Shown: positions 20,397 to 29,931, counted from the first letter of the stretch. The stretch is 64,000 bases of DNA from an uncultured Duncaniella sp. (GCA_910576785.1 CAJTJG010000008.1:4137-68136); one strand, 5' to 3'. Numbers and translations: made by a program. The notes: generated by a model not told the origin, from the letters alone.

Positions 20397-22145
20397 ATGT
20401 CTATGGCAACAACTGCAACCAACCCCTCCGTCCCTGCCGCTCCCCACTTTCCCGAGCAGGTGACCGGAATGTATATATTGGCCCGTGCCCTTAAGAATGT
20501 CGGCATAGAGACTGTCTATGGTCTCGTGGGCATACCTATCACTGAGGCTGCCTATCTCGTGCAGGGACAGGGCATCCGTTTTGTCGGTTTCCGTCATGAA
20601 CAGCAGGCCGGAATGGCTGCCGCTACCGATGGCTATCTTACCAAGAAGCCCGGTGTGTTCATGACCGTTTCCTCGCTTGGATTCATGAATGGCCTTACAG
20701 CCACGGCCAATGCCACGGTCAACTGCTATCCTGTCATCCAGATATCCGGAGCATCCGATCCAACCATGGTGGATATGAATATGGGCACCTACGAGCAACT
20801 TGACCAGCTCAACACTGCCCGTCCGCTGGTCAAGGCTGCTTTCCGCTGCAGCAAGGCCGCTGATATACCATCTGCTGTCAACCGTGCCTACCGCGCAGCC
20901 GTGTCAGGTCGTCCCGGTGGTGTGTATATCGACATGACCACTCCGGCTCTTGGCGAGGTGATGGATCGTGAGGAGGCCGAGAAACTTCTCTATCAGCCCG
21001 TGGATCTGTATTCACCGGTGGCTCCCAACAAGGATGCCGTCGACCGTGCCGTGGAGCTTCTCACATCGGCCAAGCGTCCGGCCGTATTGCTCGGCAAGGG
21101 CGCCGCTTATGCACAGGTGGATGACAAGATCAAAGCCCTTATAGAGAAATACAATATACCGTATTTCCCCATGTCGATGGCCAAGGGCCTTATGCCTGAT
21201 GCCGGACCGCTCAGCGCCCTGTCATGCCGCTCCACCATCATGGAGAAGGCCGATGTGGTGGTGCTCATAGGTGCTCGTCTCAACTGGCTCCTCTCGTTCG
21301 GCAAGGGCAAGTGGAGTCCTGACACCAAATTCGTGCAGCTCGATGTCGAGCCTCAGGAGATTGATGTCAATGTGCCTATAGCCGCACCTGTGGTTGGCGA
21401 TATGGGGCTCTCGCTCGATGCTATTCTTGCCGGATTGGACGGAAAGACAATGGCTGCCGATCCTGCCTGGGTACCTTCGTTGCAGGCCGAGACCAAGGAG
21501 AAGAACGCCAAGTTCCTCGCGCGTCTGACTGCCAACAAGAATGCTATGCCCATGGACCACTGGACAGCTATCGGAGCCATCAAGCCTATTCTCGAAGCCA
21601 ATCCCGATGTGATCCTTATCAATGAGGGAGCCAATACCCTTGATGATGTCCGCGATGCCGTCGACATGTCTCTGCCTCGTCATCGTGTGGACTGTGCCAC
21701 ATGGGCCATCATGGGTATGGGTATGGGCTCGATGATCGGTGCTGCCGTAGCCACAGGCAAGAGTGTCGTGGCTGTGGAGGGTGACTCCGCATTCGGATTC
21801 TCAGGCATGGACTTCTCTACTGCATGCCGTTTCAATCTCCCGGTCACTGTTGTCATACTCAACAATGGCGGTATCTACAATGGTATCGGAGTCCCCATGG
21901 ACAAGACTTCCGATCCGGCCCCGACCACCCTTGACATCCACGCCCGGTATGACAAACTCGGCGATGCCTTCGGTGCTCAGACCTATTATGTGCAGACCCC
22001 TGATGAACTTGCCAAGGCTCTCACCGAGAGTATAGCTTCGAAGAAGCCTTGTCTTATCGATGTGCAGCTCGCCGCGTCCTCCGGCAAGGAGTCAGGACAC
22101 ATCGGTTACCTCAACCCCGCTCCCCTTCAGGATATCACAGTTTAG
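20397..22145 (+). CDS. oxc: Oxalyl-CoA decarboxylase (ThDP-dependent, Oxc/YfdU-like)
   Basis: 582 aa. VGIPITE, FRHEQQAGMAA, and the ThDP motif GDSAFGFSGMD..NNGG. Paired with frc. Confidence 0.85.
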   Translation: MSMATTATNPSVPAAPHFPEQVTGMYILARALKNVGIETVYGLVGIPITEAAYLVQGQGIRFVGFRHEQQAGMAAATDGYLTKKPGVFMTVSSLGFMNGLTATANATVNCYPVIQISGASDPTMVDMNMGTYEQLDQLNTARPLVKAAFRCSKAADIPSAVNRAYRAAVSGRPGGVYIDMTTPALGEVMDREEAEKLLYQPVDLYSPVAPNKDAVDRAVELLTSAKRPAVLLGKGAAYAQVDDKIKALIEKYNIPYFPMSMAKGLMPDAGPLSALSCRSTIMEKADVVVLIGARLNWLLSFGKGKWSPDTKFVQLDVEPQEIDVNVPIAAPVVGDMGLSLDAILAGLDGKTMAADPAWVPSLQAETKEKNAKFLARLTANKNAMPMDHWTAIGAIKPILEANPDVILINEGANTLDDVRDAVDMSLPRHRVDCATWAIMGMGMGSMIGAAVATGKSVVAVEGDSAFGFSGMDFSTACRFNLPVTVVILNNGGIYNGIGVPMDKTSDPAPTTLDIHARYDKLGDAFGAQTYYVQTPDELAKALTESIASKKPCLIDVQLAASSGKESGHIGYLNPAPLQDITV

Positions 22146-22237
22146 TAATACCCGAAACTTCCCCTGCCGTCCGGATGGCCCGGTGCTGTCCGGACAGGCA
22201 TCTCCCTCACACAAACACATTCTAAAAACAACTGTTT

Positions 22238-23209
22238 ATGCTACACGTAATTCTCTACGCAATCGTCCCTATCATTGTGGTGATGCTTGCAGGCTACATT
22301 TCGGGTAAGTGTAAGATCTTTGACGGCGATGACGCGAAGAAATTCAACAAAGTCGTTCTTGACTATGCGCTTCCTGCCGCACTCTTCGTATCCATCGTGC
22401 AGTCGAGCCGCGAGATGCTTGCTGCTGATGTCAAGCTGTCGTTGGTATCGCTGGTAGGTATCATGGGCTGTTTCATGCTCACCTACTACGTGTTCCGCAT
22501 CTTCAAGGGCAACACTGGTGCTGATGCCGCTGTCTCGGCCCTTATCAGCGGATCTCCTACCATCGGTTTTCTTGGATTTGCCGTTCTTGAGCCTATCTTT
22601 GGCACTACTCCGGCAGTGGCACTTGTGGTGGCCATTGTCGGAATCGTGGTCAACGCCGTCGGTATCCCTGTGGGATTGTCGCTTATGAATGCCTCGCTTG
22701 AGAAGCAGAATCCCGGTTCTACCAAAGGGCAGAGCGCGTGGACTCCTGTGATCCATGCTCTCGAACAGCCTGTGGCCTGGGCGCCTATTCTCGCCGTGGT
22801 ATGGGTTGTGGTCGGTATACCCTGGCCCGCATGGCTCAGCCCTTCGTTCGATCTGATCAAGGGTGCCAATGCTTCAATGGCCGTCTTCTCGGCTGGTATC
22901 ACACTCTCGGCTGTCAAAGTCGATATCAACTGGCAGGCTATTTTAGGCTCCATCCTCAAGATGGTTGTCATGCCGGCCGTGATCCTTATACTTGGTCTGG
23001 TGTTCAAGATGGATGCCCTCAACCTCAAGATGCTTGTCGTGGCAGCCGCTCTTCCTCCTGCATTCTCCGGTATCATTATTGCCGATGAATATGACACCTA
23101 TGTGGCTACCGGTACGACTTCGCTCACACTTTCAGTGATCCTCTTTGTAGGCTTCTGCCCGCTGTGGCTATGGATCACCGAGATGTGCACCCATTCCTAC
23201 GGATTCTGA
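22238..23209 (+). CDS. AEC (auxin efflux carrier) family permease, YfdV-like; candidate oxalate/formate carrier
   Basis: A 323-aa polytopic protein. Blocks YALPAALFVSI, GSPTIGFLGFAVL and ALPPAFSGIIIA match my recollection of E. coli YfdV. Lies downstream of oxc. Confidence 0.75.
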   Translation: MLHVILYAIVPIIVVMLAGYISGKCKIFDGDDAKKFNKVVLDYALPAALFVSIVQSSREMLAADVKLSLVSLVGIMGCFMLTYYVFRIFKGNTGADAAVSALISGSPTIGFLGFAVLEPIFGTTPAVALVVAIVGIVVNAVGIPVGLSLMNASLEKQNPGSTKGQSAWTPVIHALEQPVAWAPILAVVWVVVGIPWPAWLSPSFDLIKGANASMAVFSAGITLSAVKVDINWQAILGSILKMVVMPAVILILGLVFKMDALNLKMLVVAAALPPAFSGIIIADEYDTYVATGTTSLTLSVILFVGFCPLWLWITEMCTHSYGF

Positions 23210-23245
23210 TCCCTTAGATTCTCTCATCAGAAAGAAAACGAAACC

Positions 23246-23311
23246 GGCACGGAGGAAACATGCGGATAATCAAAGCATTCGCCTGTAAGTTTCCTCCGTG
23301 CTGAATTTTTA
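23246..23311 (+). terminator. Terminator-like hairpin after the AEC permease gene
   Basis: 13-bp perfect stem gcacggaggaaac/gtttcctccgtgc (extendable to 15 bp), 29-nt loop, then tgaaTTTTT. It ends 22 nt before the PFOR ATG. Confidence 0.5.
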
Positions 23312-23333
23312 CGGTTATCACAGAGCTTAAATC

Positions 23334-26300
23334 ATGAAGAAGCAGATACTCGACGGCTGCACGGCGGCCGCACATGTGGCATATGCGCTTAGCGACGTAG
23401 CCACCATCTATCCCATCACCCCCGTCGCTTCGATGGGAGAGACCGCTCTTAAGTGGGGCATGCAGGGTCGTCGTAATTTCATGGGGCAACCCATGGCTGT
23501 CAGGGAGATGGAGAGTGAGCTTGGAGCTGCTGGTGCGGTTCACGGTGCGCTTGCAGCCGGATCGTTGGCCACCACGTTCACAGCCTCGCAGGGCCTTATG
23601 CTTATGATCCCGAATATGTACAAGATAGCCGGCGAACTGTTGCCGGGAGTGTTTCATGTAGGATGCCGCTCTCTTGCCACACATGCCCTCTCCATATTCG
23701 GTGATCATCAGGATGTGATGGCATGCCGTGCTACAGGCTTTGCCATGCTTGCCTCCGCATCTGTGCAGGAGACGATGGATCTTGCCCTTGTGGCGCATCT
23801 CGCAGCTATAGACGGGTCGTTGCCTGTGCTTCATTTCTTCGACGGATGGCGTACGTCGTCCGAGATGGATACAATAGATGTGATAGATTACGATACGATA
23901 TTCCGTCTGGTTGACAAAGATAAGGTCATGGCTTTTCGCCGCAGGGGGATGAATCCGTCACATCCCGATCTGCGTGGATCCGCGCAGAATCCCGATGTGT
24001 ATTTCCAAAACCGGGAGGCTGCCAACAGTTATTACGACGCATTTTCAGGAATTGTACAGGATGCCATGGATCGTGTCGGAGAGGTTACCGGTCGCAGATA
24101 TCATCTTGTGGACTATATCGGTGCGCCTGACGCTGACAGGGTCATCGTAGTGATGGGTTCCGGAGCCGATGTGGCAGCCGAGGCATCGCTATGGTTGAAT
24201 TCAAACCGTGGTATGAAGACCGGTGTGGTAAAGGTGAGGCTCTACAGACCATTTCCGGCAGCTGAATTACGTGCGGCCCTGCCATCCACTGTAAAGACTG
24301 TAGCAGTGCTTGACCGCACTAAGGAGCCCGGCGCACAGCATGAGCCTTTGTGTCTGGATGTGATAAGCGCTCTGCAGGGCAATGATATCCGTGTGATCGG
24401 TGGCAGATTCGGGTTGTCGAGCAAGGAGTTCGATCCCTCCATGGTCAAGGCCATATATGACGAGATGTCATCGGCCGATCCAAAAGATGGCTTCACGGTA
24501 GGTATAGATGATGATGTCACACATCTGTCGCTTGATATCAAAGAGACTATTGATACACAGGGCGCGGCGGAGACATATCAGAGTATTTTCTATGCCATCG
24601 GTAATGATGGTACAGTCGGCGGGACCAAGCAGGTGGCGCAGATACTCGGCGATACCCCCGGACTGTATGCCCAAGCCTATTTCAGCTATTCAGCCAAGAA
24701 GTCAGGAGGATATACTATCTCGCAATTGCGTATAGGCCACGCGCCTGTCACATCGGCCTATAGTATCCATGACGCGGACTATGTGGCTTGCCACAAGACG
24801 AGCTACATACACCGTTTCTCCATGCTTGACAGGATTCGTGAAGGAGGTACGTTCGTGCTCAACTGTCCGTGGACCCCGTCGCAGCTTCCCTCGCGCCTTC
24901 CGGCCGGGATGCGTGGTGCTATAAAAGAGAAGAAACTGAAATTCTATATAATAGATGCTGATTCCATAGCTGCTTCCGTAGGGCTGCTCCCGAGGATAAA
25001 CATGCCTATGGAGACGGTGTATCTGTATCTGAGTTCGCTGATACCGTTTGAGGAGGCGTATGCGCAACTGCAGGATTGTATCCGCAAGACATATGCGCAT
25101 GAGGGTGGTGAAGTCGTAGAGCGTAACCTTAAGGCCATATCGATGGCCGTCGGTGCCATTGTGGAGGTGGACTATGACAGCATTGATGGATGGGATGCCG
25201 GTGATGAGCCGGTTAGACGTCCGGACCCAGCATACCGTACGGCGGCTCTCGGTGAATTTATAGAAAAGATCCATAAGCCATGTATGAAAGGAGAAGGGAA
25301 CTCCATACCCGTATCTGCATTCTCTCCTGACGGAACCATGCCGGCAGGCACCACCGCCTACGAACACCGGCGTATAGCCACACGGGTGCCTGTTTGGGAT
25401 GCTGACAAATGTGTGGAGTGTACGGAGTGTTCGCTCGTGTGTCCTCATGCAGCCATACGCCCGTTTGTGCTTTCGGCTGCGGAGGCATCGCAGGCTCCCG
25501 AGGGCTTTGTGATGAAACCTGCCAAAGGCTCTCCTGAGCTTGCGGGATATATGTTTCACATACAGAACTATCCGGAGGATTGTCTCGGATGTTCGTCATG
25601 CTCGCTCATATGCCCGGGACATGCGTTGACAATGACCCCCGTGGAGCAGGTGCTCGACAAGGAGATACCACTTTTGCAATGGGTTCGTGCCAATGTGACG
25701 GTCAAGGATGCGCTCCTGCCGGCCTCAACTGTCAACGGGTCACAGTTGCGCACACCATGTCTCGAATTTTCCGGCGCTTGTGCCGGATGTGGCGAGACGC
25801 CTTATGTGAAACTGCTCACCCAGCTCTTCGGCTCTCGTCTTCTGATAGCCAACGCCACTGGATGTTCATCTATATGGGGTGCCAACTACCCATCCAATGC
25901 CTACTGTACAGACTCGCGTGGCGAGGGGCCGGCCTGGGGTAATTCTCTTTTTGAGGACAATGCCGAGTACGGATACGGGATGCTCGTATCCATGAGGCAG
26001 CGCCGGGAGGGGTTGGCTGATATGGTGCGTGGCCTGATTGATGATCCTGCCACTATGCCCTACCTTAAAGCGCCGCTTGAGGCATGGCTCAGCGCCAAGG
26101 ATGATCCCGTGATGTCGGCCCGCACGGGGGCGCAGCTTGTGGAGATGATGAAGCCCGTGAGAGATGCTTCGCCAAAATACGAGGCGTTGCTTGACAGTGC
26201 CGATATGCTGTCCGCCAAGAGTGTCTGGGCTATAGGTGGCGACGGATGGGCTTACGATATCGGATTTGCAGGTCTCGATCATGTGCTTGCATCGGGCGAG

Positions 26301-26930
26301 CCTATCAAGGTGCTCGTCATGGATACAGAGTGCTATTCCAACACCGGCGGCCAGGCATCGAAGGCTACTCCGCGTTCGGCTGTGGCGAAATATACGCCTG
26401 ACGGAAAGAAAGTGCCCAAGAAGAATCTCGGACGTATGATGATGACTTATGGAGATATCTATGTGGCATCCATCTCGCTCGGAGCCAATTACCAGCAGGC
26501 TATAGATGCGCTCACCGAAGCCGAGGAATATCCCGGGCCGGCCATAGTGATAGCCTACTGCCCGTGTATCAACCACGGTATCCGTCCGGGGCTCGGCCAC
26601 TCTATCATAGAGGAGAGGAGAGCGGTGGAGGCCGGCTACTGGCCTCTGTATAGGTTTGATCCGCGTGCGATTGAACGTAATGAGAATCCGCTCACCATCG
26701 ACAGTGTGATACCCGGACCCGATAACAGCGGGTCCAACGGATCGGATGCACACACCACATCGCCCTCCTATCCTGACAAGGAACCGGTGGACACTGTGGC
26801 ACTGTATATCCGCAACGAGGACCGCTATGCCGATCTGGCCATGACTGATCCGTCGGGGGCATCCCTGCTCCATACGCAATTGCAGCGCGACTGCGATCTT
26901 GAGAGCGAGGCCCTTGGAAGGATCAAATAA
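23334..26930 (+). CDS. nifJ: Pyruvate:ferredoxin (flavodoxin) oxidoreductase, single-chain PFOR/NifJ type
   Basis: 1198 aa. AAHVAYALSDVATIYPITP, TASQGLMLMIPNMYKIAGELLPGVFHV, two CxxCxxCxxxCP ferredoxin motifs, SGACAGCGETPYVKLLTQLFG, GGDGWAYDIGFAGLDHVLASG, YSNTGGQASKATP. Confidence 0.93.
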   Translation: MKKQILDGCTAAAHVAYALSDVATIYPITPVASMGETALKWGMQGRRNFMGQPMAVREMESELGAAGAVHGALAAGSLATTFTASQGLMLMIPNMYKIAGELLPGVFHVGCRSLATHALSIFGDHQDVMACRATGFAMLASASVQETMDLALVAHLAAIDGSLPVLHFFDGWRTSSEMDTIDVIDYDTIFRLVDKDKVMAFRRRGMNPSHPDLRGSAQNPDVYFQNREAANSYYDAFSGIVQDAMDRVGEVTGRRYHLVDYIGAPDADRVIVVMGSGADVAAEASLWLNSNRGMKTGVVKVRLYRPFPAAELRAALPSTVKTVAVLDRTKEPGAQHEPLCLDVISALQGNDIRVIGGRFGLSSKEFDPSMVKAIYDEMSSADPKDGFTVGIDDDVTHLSLDIKETIDTQGAAETYQSIFYAIGNDGTVGGTKQVAQILGDTPGLYAQAYFSYSAKKSGGYTISQLRIGHAPVTSAYSIHDADYVACHKTSYIHRFSMLDRIREGGTFVLNCPWTPSQLPSRLPAGMRGAIKEKKLKFYIIDADSIAASVGLLPRINMPMETVYLYLSSLIPFEEAYAQLQDCIRKTYAHEGGEVVERNLKAISMAVGAIVEVDYDSIDGWDAGDEPVRRPDPAYRTAALGEFIEKIHKPCMKGEGNSIPVSAFSPDGTMPAGTTAYEHRRIATRVPVWDADKCVECTECSLVCPHAAIRPFVLSAAEASQAPEGFVMKPAKGSPELAGYMFHIQNYPEDCLGCSSCSLICPGHALTMTPVEQVLDKEIPLLQWVRANVTVKDALLPASTVNGSQLRTPCLEFSGACAGCGETPYVKLLTQLFGSRLLIANATGCSSIWGANYPSNAYCTDSRGEGPAWGNSLFEDNAEYGYGMLVSMRQRREGLADMVRGLIDDPATMPYLKAPLEAWLSAKDDPVMSARTGAQLVEMMKPVRDASPKYEALLDSADMLSAKSVWAIGGDGWAYDIGFAGLDHVLASGEPIKVLVMDTECYSNTGGQASKATPRSAVAKYTPDGKKVPKKNLGRMMMTYGDIYVASISLGANYQQAIDALTEAEEYPGPAIVIAYCPCINHGIRPGLGHSIIEERRAVEAGYWPLYRFDPRAIERNENPLTIDSVIPGPDNSGSNGSDAHTTSPSYPDKEPVDTVALYIRNEDRYADLAMTDPSGASLLHTQLQRDCDLESEALGRIK

Positions 26931-27018
26931 GTGAATCTGGTTTTATGAAAAAATAACGAAAAAAGTATCATAACGAATGGAAAGTCTGCATTTGTTTGGA
27001 TGATTGGACGAAAATTGC

Positions 27019-27026
27019 TACCTTTG
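27019..27026 (+). promoter_or_regulatory. Bacteroidetes -7 box (TAnnTTTG) for rplY
   Basis: TACCTTTG, 84 nt upstream of ATG 27110. Confidence 0.45.
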
Positions 27027-27109
27027 CATCCGCTTTTTAGCATCCCGTGTGATGGGAAATTAAGGAGCACTTAATTTTGAGTAACACAACCCCTAAACAA
27101 AATCAGAAA

Positions 27110-27760
27110 ATGAAGACATTTCAGCTGAGCGCCGAGCCCCGTACCGATCTGGGCAAGAAGGCAGCCAAGGATCTCCGCAAGGAAAACAAAATCCCCGTCG
27201 TTCTCAATGGCGGTGCCATCATCGACCTCCCCTATACCGCCGCCCTCAAGCCCGGCGAGAAAATCGTGGAGATCGGCAATGGCAAGGGTCTTATCACTAC
27301 AGACCTCGTGGTTAGCCAGGATGCTGTCCGCAAGCTCGTCTACACCCCCGATATCTTCGCCATCGAGCTTACTGTAAACGGTGAGACCCGTATGGCAGTC
27401 CTCAAGGACATCCAGTTCCATCCCGTCAAGGATACCATCCTCCACATGGACCTTCTCGAGGTAAACGACAAGAAGCCCGTCACCATCGAGGTGCCTGTCA
27501 AGCTCGAGGGTCACGCCGAGGGTGTGAAGGCCGGTGGTAAGCTCAACCTCTCCATGAAGAAGATCAAGGTTAAGGCTGTATATACCGAGATCCCTGAGCG
27601 CGTTGTCATCAATGTCGATCATCTCGGTCTTGGCAAGACTCTCCAGATCGGTGACCTCCACTTCGATGGTCTCGAGCTGATGAACGCCAAGAATGCCGTT
27701 GTCTGCGCTGTGGCTCTTACCCGTGCCGCACGTGGTGCCCAGGCCAATGCCCAGGGCTAA
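27110..27760 (+). CDS. rplY: 50S ribosomal protein L25/general stress protein Ctc
   Basis: The internal ATG at 27110 gives MKTFQLSAEPRTDLGKKAAKDLRKENKIPVVL. A TACCTTTG box lies at 27019..27026 and a terminator follows the gene. Confidence 0.9.
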   Translation: MKTFQLSAEPRTDLGKKAAKDLRKENKIPVVLNGGAIIDLPYTAALKPGEKIVEIGNGKGLITTDLVVSQDAVRKLVYTPDIFAIELTVNGETRMAVLKDIQFHPVKDTILHMDLLEVNDKKPVTIEVPVKLEGHAEGVKAGGKLNLSMKKIKVKAVYTEIPERVVINVDHLGLGKTLQIGDLHFDGLELMNAKNAVVCAVALTRAARGAQANAQG

Positions 27761-27793
27761 GACAGCAGTCGAAACAAAGAGTAAAAACTTACG

Positions 27794-27835
27794 CACAGAT
27801 TTTCCTTCACCAAAGAAGGGGAATCTGTGTTTTTT
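27794..27835 (+). terminator. Rho-independent terminator after rplY
   Basis: 15-bp stem cacagattttccttc/gaaggggaatctgtg with two G-U pairs, 6-nt loop, TTTTTT run. Confidence 0.8.
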
Positions 27836-27873
27836 AAGAGGTTGTTTTTAACCAATCTCTAAATCAGCAGGAT

Positions 27874-28437
27874 ATGAAATTTCTGATAGTGGGGCTTGGG
27901 AACATTGGCCCCGAATATGAAGGAACCCGTCATAACGCAGGCTTTATAGTGGCCGATGCGCTGGCGTCTTCGTGCGGAGCTGCATTCTCCACCGAACGCT
28001 ATGGAGATGTTGCCCATTGCCGTGTGAAGAACGCTCAGCTCGTCATACTCAAGCCATCCACCTATATGAATCTTTCGGGCAATGCCGTGCGCTATTGGAT
28101 GCAGAAGGAGGGTATAGCCATACAGCAGGTACTCGTCATAGTGGACGACTGTGCGCTGCCGTTCGGGGCCATACGCCTAAAGCCTTCTGGAAGCGATGCC
28201 GGTCACAACGGGTTGAAGAACATAGCGCAGATGACCGGGACGCAGGCATATCCGAGGTTGCGCTTCGGGATAGGCAATGATTTCCCACGCGGTACACAGG
28301 TGGATTATGTGCTCGGCCACTTTACAGCCGATGAAGTCAAGGCGATGGATGCGAGGGTGGAGATAGCTGTGGAGGCTATCAAGACTTTCTGTCTGGCCGG
28401 CATACAGACTGCAATGTGCAACTATAACAACAAGTGA
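27874..28437 (+). CDS. pth: Aminoacyl-tRNA (peptidyl-tRNA) hydrolase
   Basis: 187 aa. [29 protein letters not shown]. Confidence 0.95.
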   Translation: MKFLIVGLGNIGPEYEGTRHNAGFIVADALASSCGAAFSTERYGDVAHCRVKNAQLVILKPSTYMNLSGNAVRYWMQKEGIAIQQVLVIVDDCALPFGAIRLKPSGSDAGHNGLKNIAQMTGTQAYPRLRFGIGNDFPRGTQVDYVLGHFTADEVKAMDARVEIAVEAIKTFCLAGIQTAMCNYNNK

Positions 28438-28447
28438 GACATACGCC

Positions 28448-28876
28448 ATGAATGAAGTTCGCGTAGACAAATGGCTGTGGGCCATGAGAGTGTTCAAGAC
28501 ACGCACAGTGGCCACCGAGGCATGCAAGAAGGGCCGGGTGCTTATAGGAGAAGCTGTGGCCAAACCGTCGCGTACCATAAAGGTAGGTGATGTGGTGAAT
28601 GTTCGTAAGCCGCCGGTCACGTATTCTTTCCGGGTGAAGGCTTTGACCCAGAACCGTCTCGGAGCGAAGCTTGTCCCCGACTATCTCGAGGATATCACGC
28701 CGAAAAGCCAGCTTGACCTGCTTGATATCGTCAAGATATCAGGATTCATAGATCGCCGCAAGGGACTCGGACGGCCTACCAAGCGAGAAGGCAGGGAACT
28801 TGCCGAGTTCACAGGCTCCATGTATGATTCCGACGGATGGGATCTTGACTTCCTCGATGATGACGATGAGGAATGA
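28448..28876 (+). CDS. hslR: S4-domain RNA-binding protein (Hsp15/HslR-like)
   Basis: VRVDKWLWAMRVFKTRTVATEACKKGRV.. is an S4 fold. Acidic C-terminal tail. Conserved rplY-pth-hslR neighbourhood. Confidence 0.8.
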   Translation: MNEVRVDKWLWAMRVFKTRTVATEACKKGRVLIGEAVAKPSRTIKVGDVVNVRKPPVTYSFRVKALTQNRLGAKLVPDYLEDITPKSQLDLLDIVKISGFIDRRKGLGRPTKREGRELAEFTGSMYDSDGWDLDFLDDDDEE

Positions 28877-28916
28877 ACCTTCGGCATTTTCGTTTTTTTA
28901 TCTGACGGAAATTCAG

Positions 28917-28924
28917 TAATTTTG
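28917..28924 (+). promoter_or_regulatory. Bacteroidetes -7 box (TAnnTTTG) for ftsY and the downstream array
   Basis: TAATTTTG, 30 nt upstream of ATG 28954. Confidence 0.45.
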
Positions 28925-28953
28925 CATTCTGCTAACCAAGACGCTCTTCAATT

Positions 28954-29931
28954 ATGGGATTTTTTGACCTGTTTTCGCGCAATAAGGAGAAGAAGGAGAC
29001 CCTTGACAAGGGGCTCGAGAAGACCCAGCGCGGCTTTTTTGACCGCATATCCCACGCTATCGCCGGCAAATCGACCGTGGATGATGATGTCCTCGACAAT
29101 CTCGAGGAGGTGTTTGTCACATCCGATGTCGGTGTCGACACTACTCTCCGCATCATAGACCGCCTCCAGAAACGTGTGGCACGCGATAAATATGTGGGAG
29201 CCTCCGAACTCAACAATCTTCTCTGCGAGGAGATTTCAGAGATGCTTGCTGAAAACGACAATACATCCTCGCTGCCTGACTTCACGCTGCCGGAGGGTAG
29301 TGCCCGTCCGCATGTGATAATGGTGGTTGGTGTCAACGGTGTGGGCAAGACCACAACTATCGGCAAGATGGCGGCCCAGTTCAAGCGTGCAGGCAACAAG
29401 GTGATGCTCGGTGCCGCCGACACATTCCGTGCAGCCGCCATAGAGCAGCTTGAGGAGTGGGGACGCCGTGCCGATGTCCCTGTGGTGAAGCAGAGAATCG
29501 GAGCCGATCCGGCTTCAGTGGCTTTCGATACGCTTCAGAGCGCGATCGCCAATGATGTGGATGTCGTCATAATAGATACAGCAGGACGTCTTCATAATAA
29601 GAAGGGTCTCATGGACGAACTGTCCAAGGTGCGCAACGTCATGCAGAAACTCGTTCCCGATGCCCCGCATGAGGTGCTCCTCGTGCTTGATGGCTCTACA
29701 GGTCAGAATGCATTCGAGCAGGCCCGTCAGTTTGTCGCTGCTACTCAGGTCAACGAACTGGCTATAACCAAACTTGACGGTACAGCCAAGGGTGGGGTGG
29801 TGATCGGTATCAGCGATCAGTTCAACATCCCCGTGAAGTATATCGGACTTGGCGAGAAGATAGATGACCTGCAGGTGTTTGACAAACGTTCATTCGTGGA
29901 ATCACTCTTCGGCAACAGGAACAATGGCTGA
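28954..29931 (+). CDS. ftsY: Signal recognition particle receptor FtsY
   Basis: 325 aa. GVNGVGKTTTIGK, DTAGRLHNK, TKLDGTAKGG. A TAATTTTG box lies at 28917..28924. Confidence 0.95.
   Translation: MGFFDLFSRNKEKKETLDKGLEKTQRGFFDRISHAIAGKSTVDDDVLDNLEEVFVTSDVGVDTTLRIIDRLQKRVARDKYVGASELNNLLCEEISEMLAENDNTSSLPDFTLPEGSARPHVIMVVGVNGVGKTTTIGKMAAQFKRAGNKVMLGAADTFRAAAIEQLEEWGRRADVPVVKQRIGADPASVAFDTLQSAIANDVDVVIIDTAGRLHNKKGLMDELSKVRNVMQKLVPDAPHEVLLVLDGSTGQNAFEQARQFVAATQVNELAITKLDGTAKGGVVIGISDQFNIPVKYIGLGEKIDDLQVFDKRSFVESLFGNRNNG

Noticed and set aside
19658-20798. Minus-strand ORFs 19658..20506 and 20310..20798 spanning the frc/oxc junction
   Set aside because: They are antisense to frc and oxc and cross the intercistronic hairpin. 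They contain no motifs.
24702-26879. 285-aa and 337-aa minus-strand ORFs inside the PFOR gene
   Set aside because: They are antisense to a continuous 1198-aa PFOR with all its cofactor motifs. These are shadow ORFs.
23334-26930. Idea that the PFOR-like enzyme next to frc/oxc is an oxalate oxidoreductase
   Set aside because: Characterised oxalate oxidoreductase is a three-subunit enzyme with altered substrate-pocket residues. This protein is a single chain. It retains the ITP threonine context and the HV..R arginine of pyruvate-type enzymes, plus a full-length CoA-side architecture. Nothing in the sequence positively supports oxalate specificity.
27071-27796. 241-aa minus-strand ORF opposite rplY
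   Set aside because: The plus strand encodes a typical L25/Ctc with its own promoter box and terminator. The minus ORF is a mirror-frame artefact.
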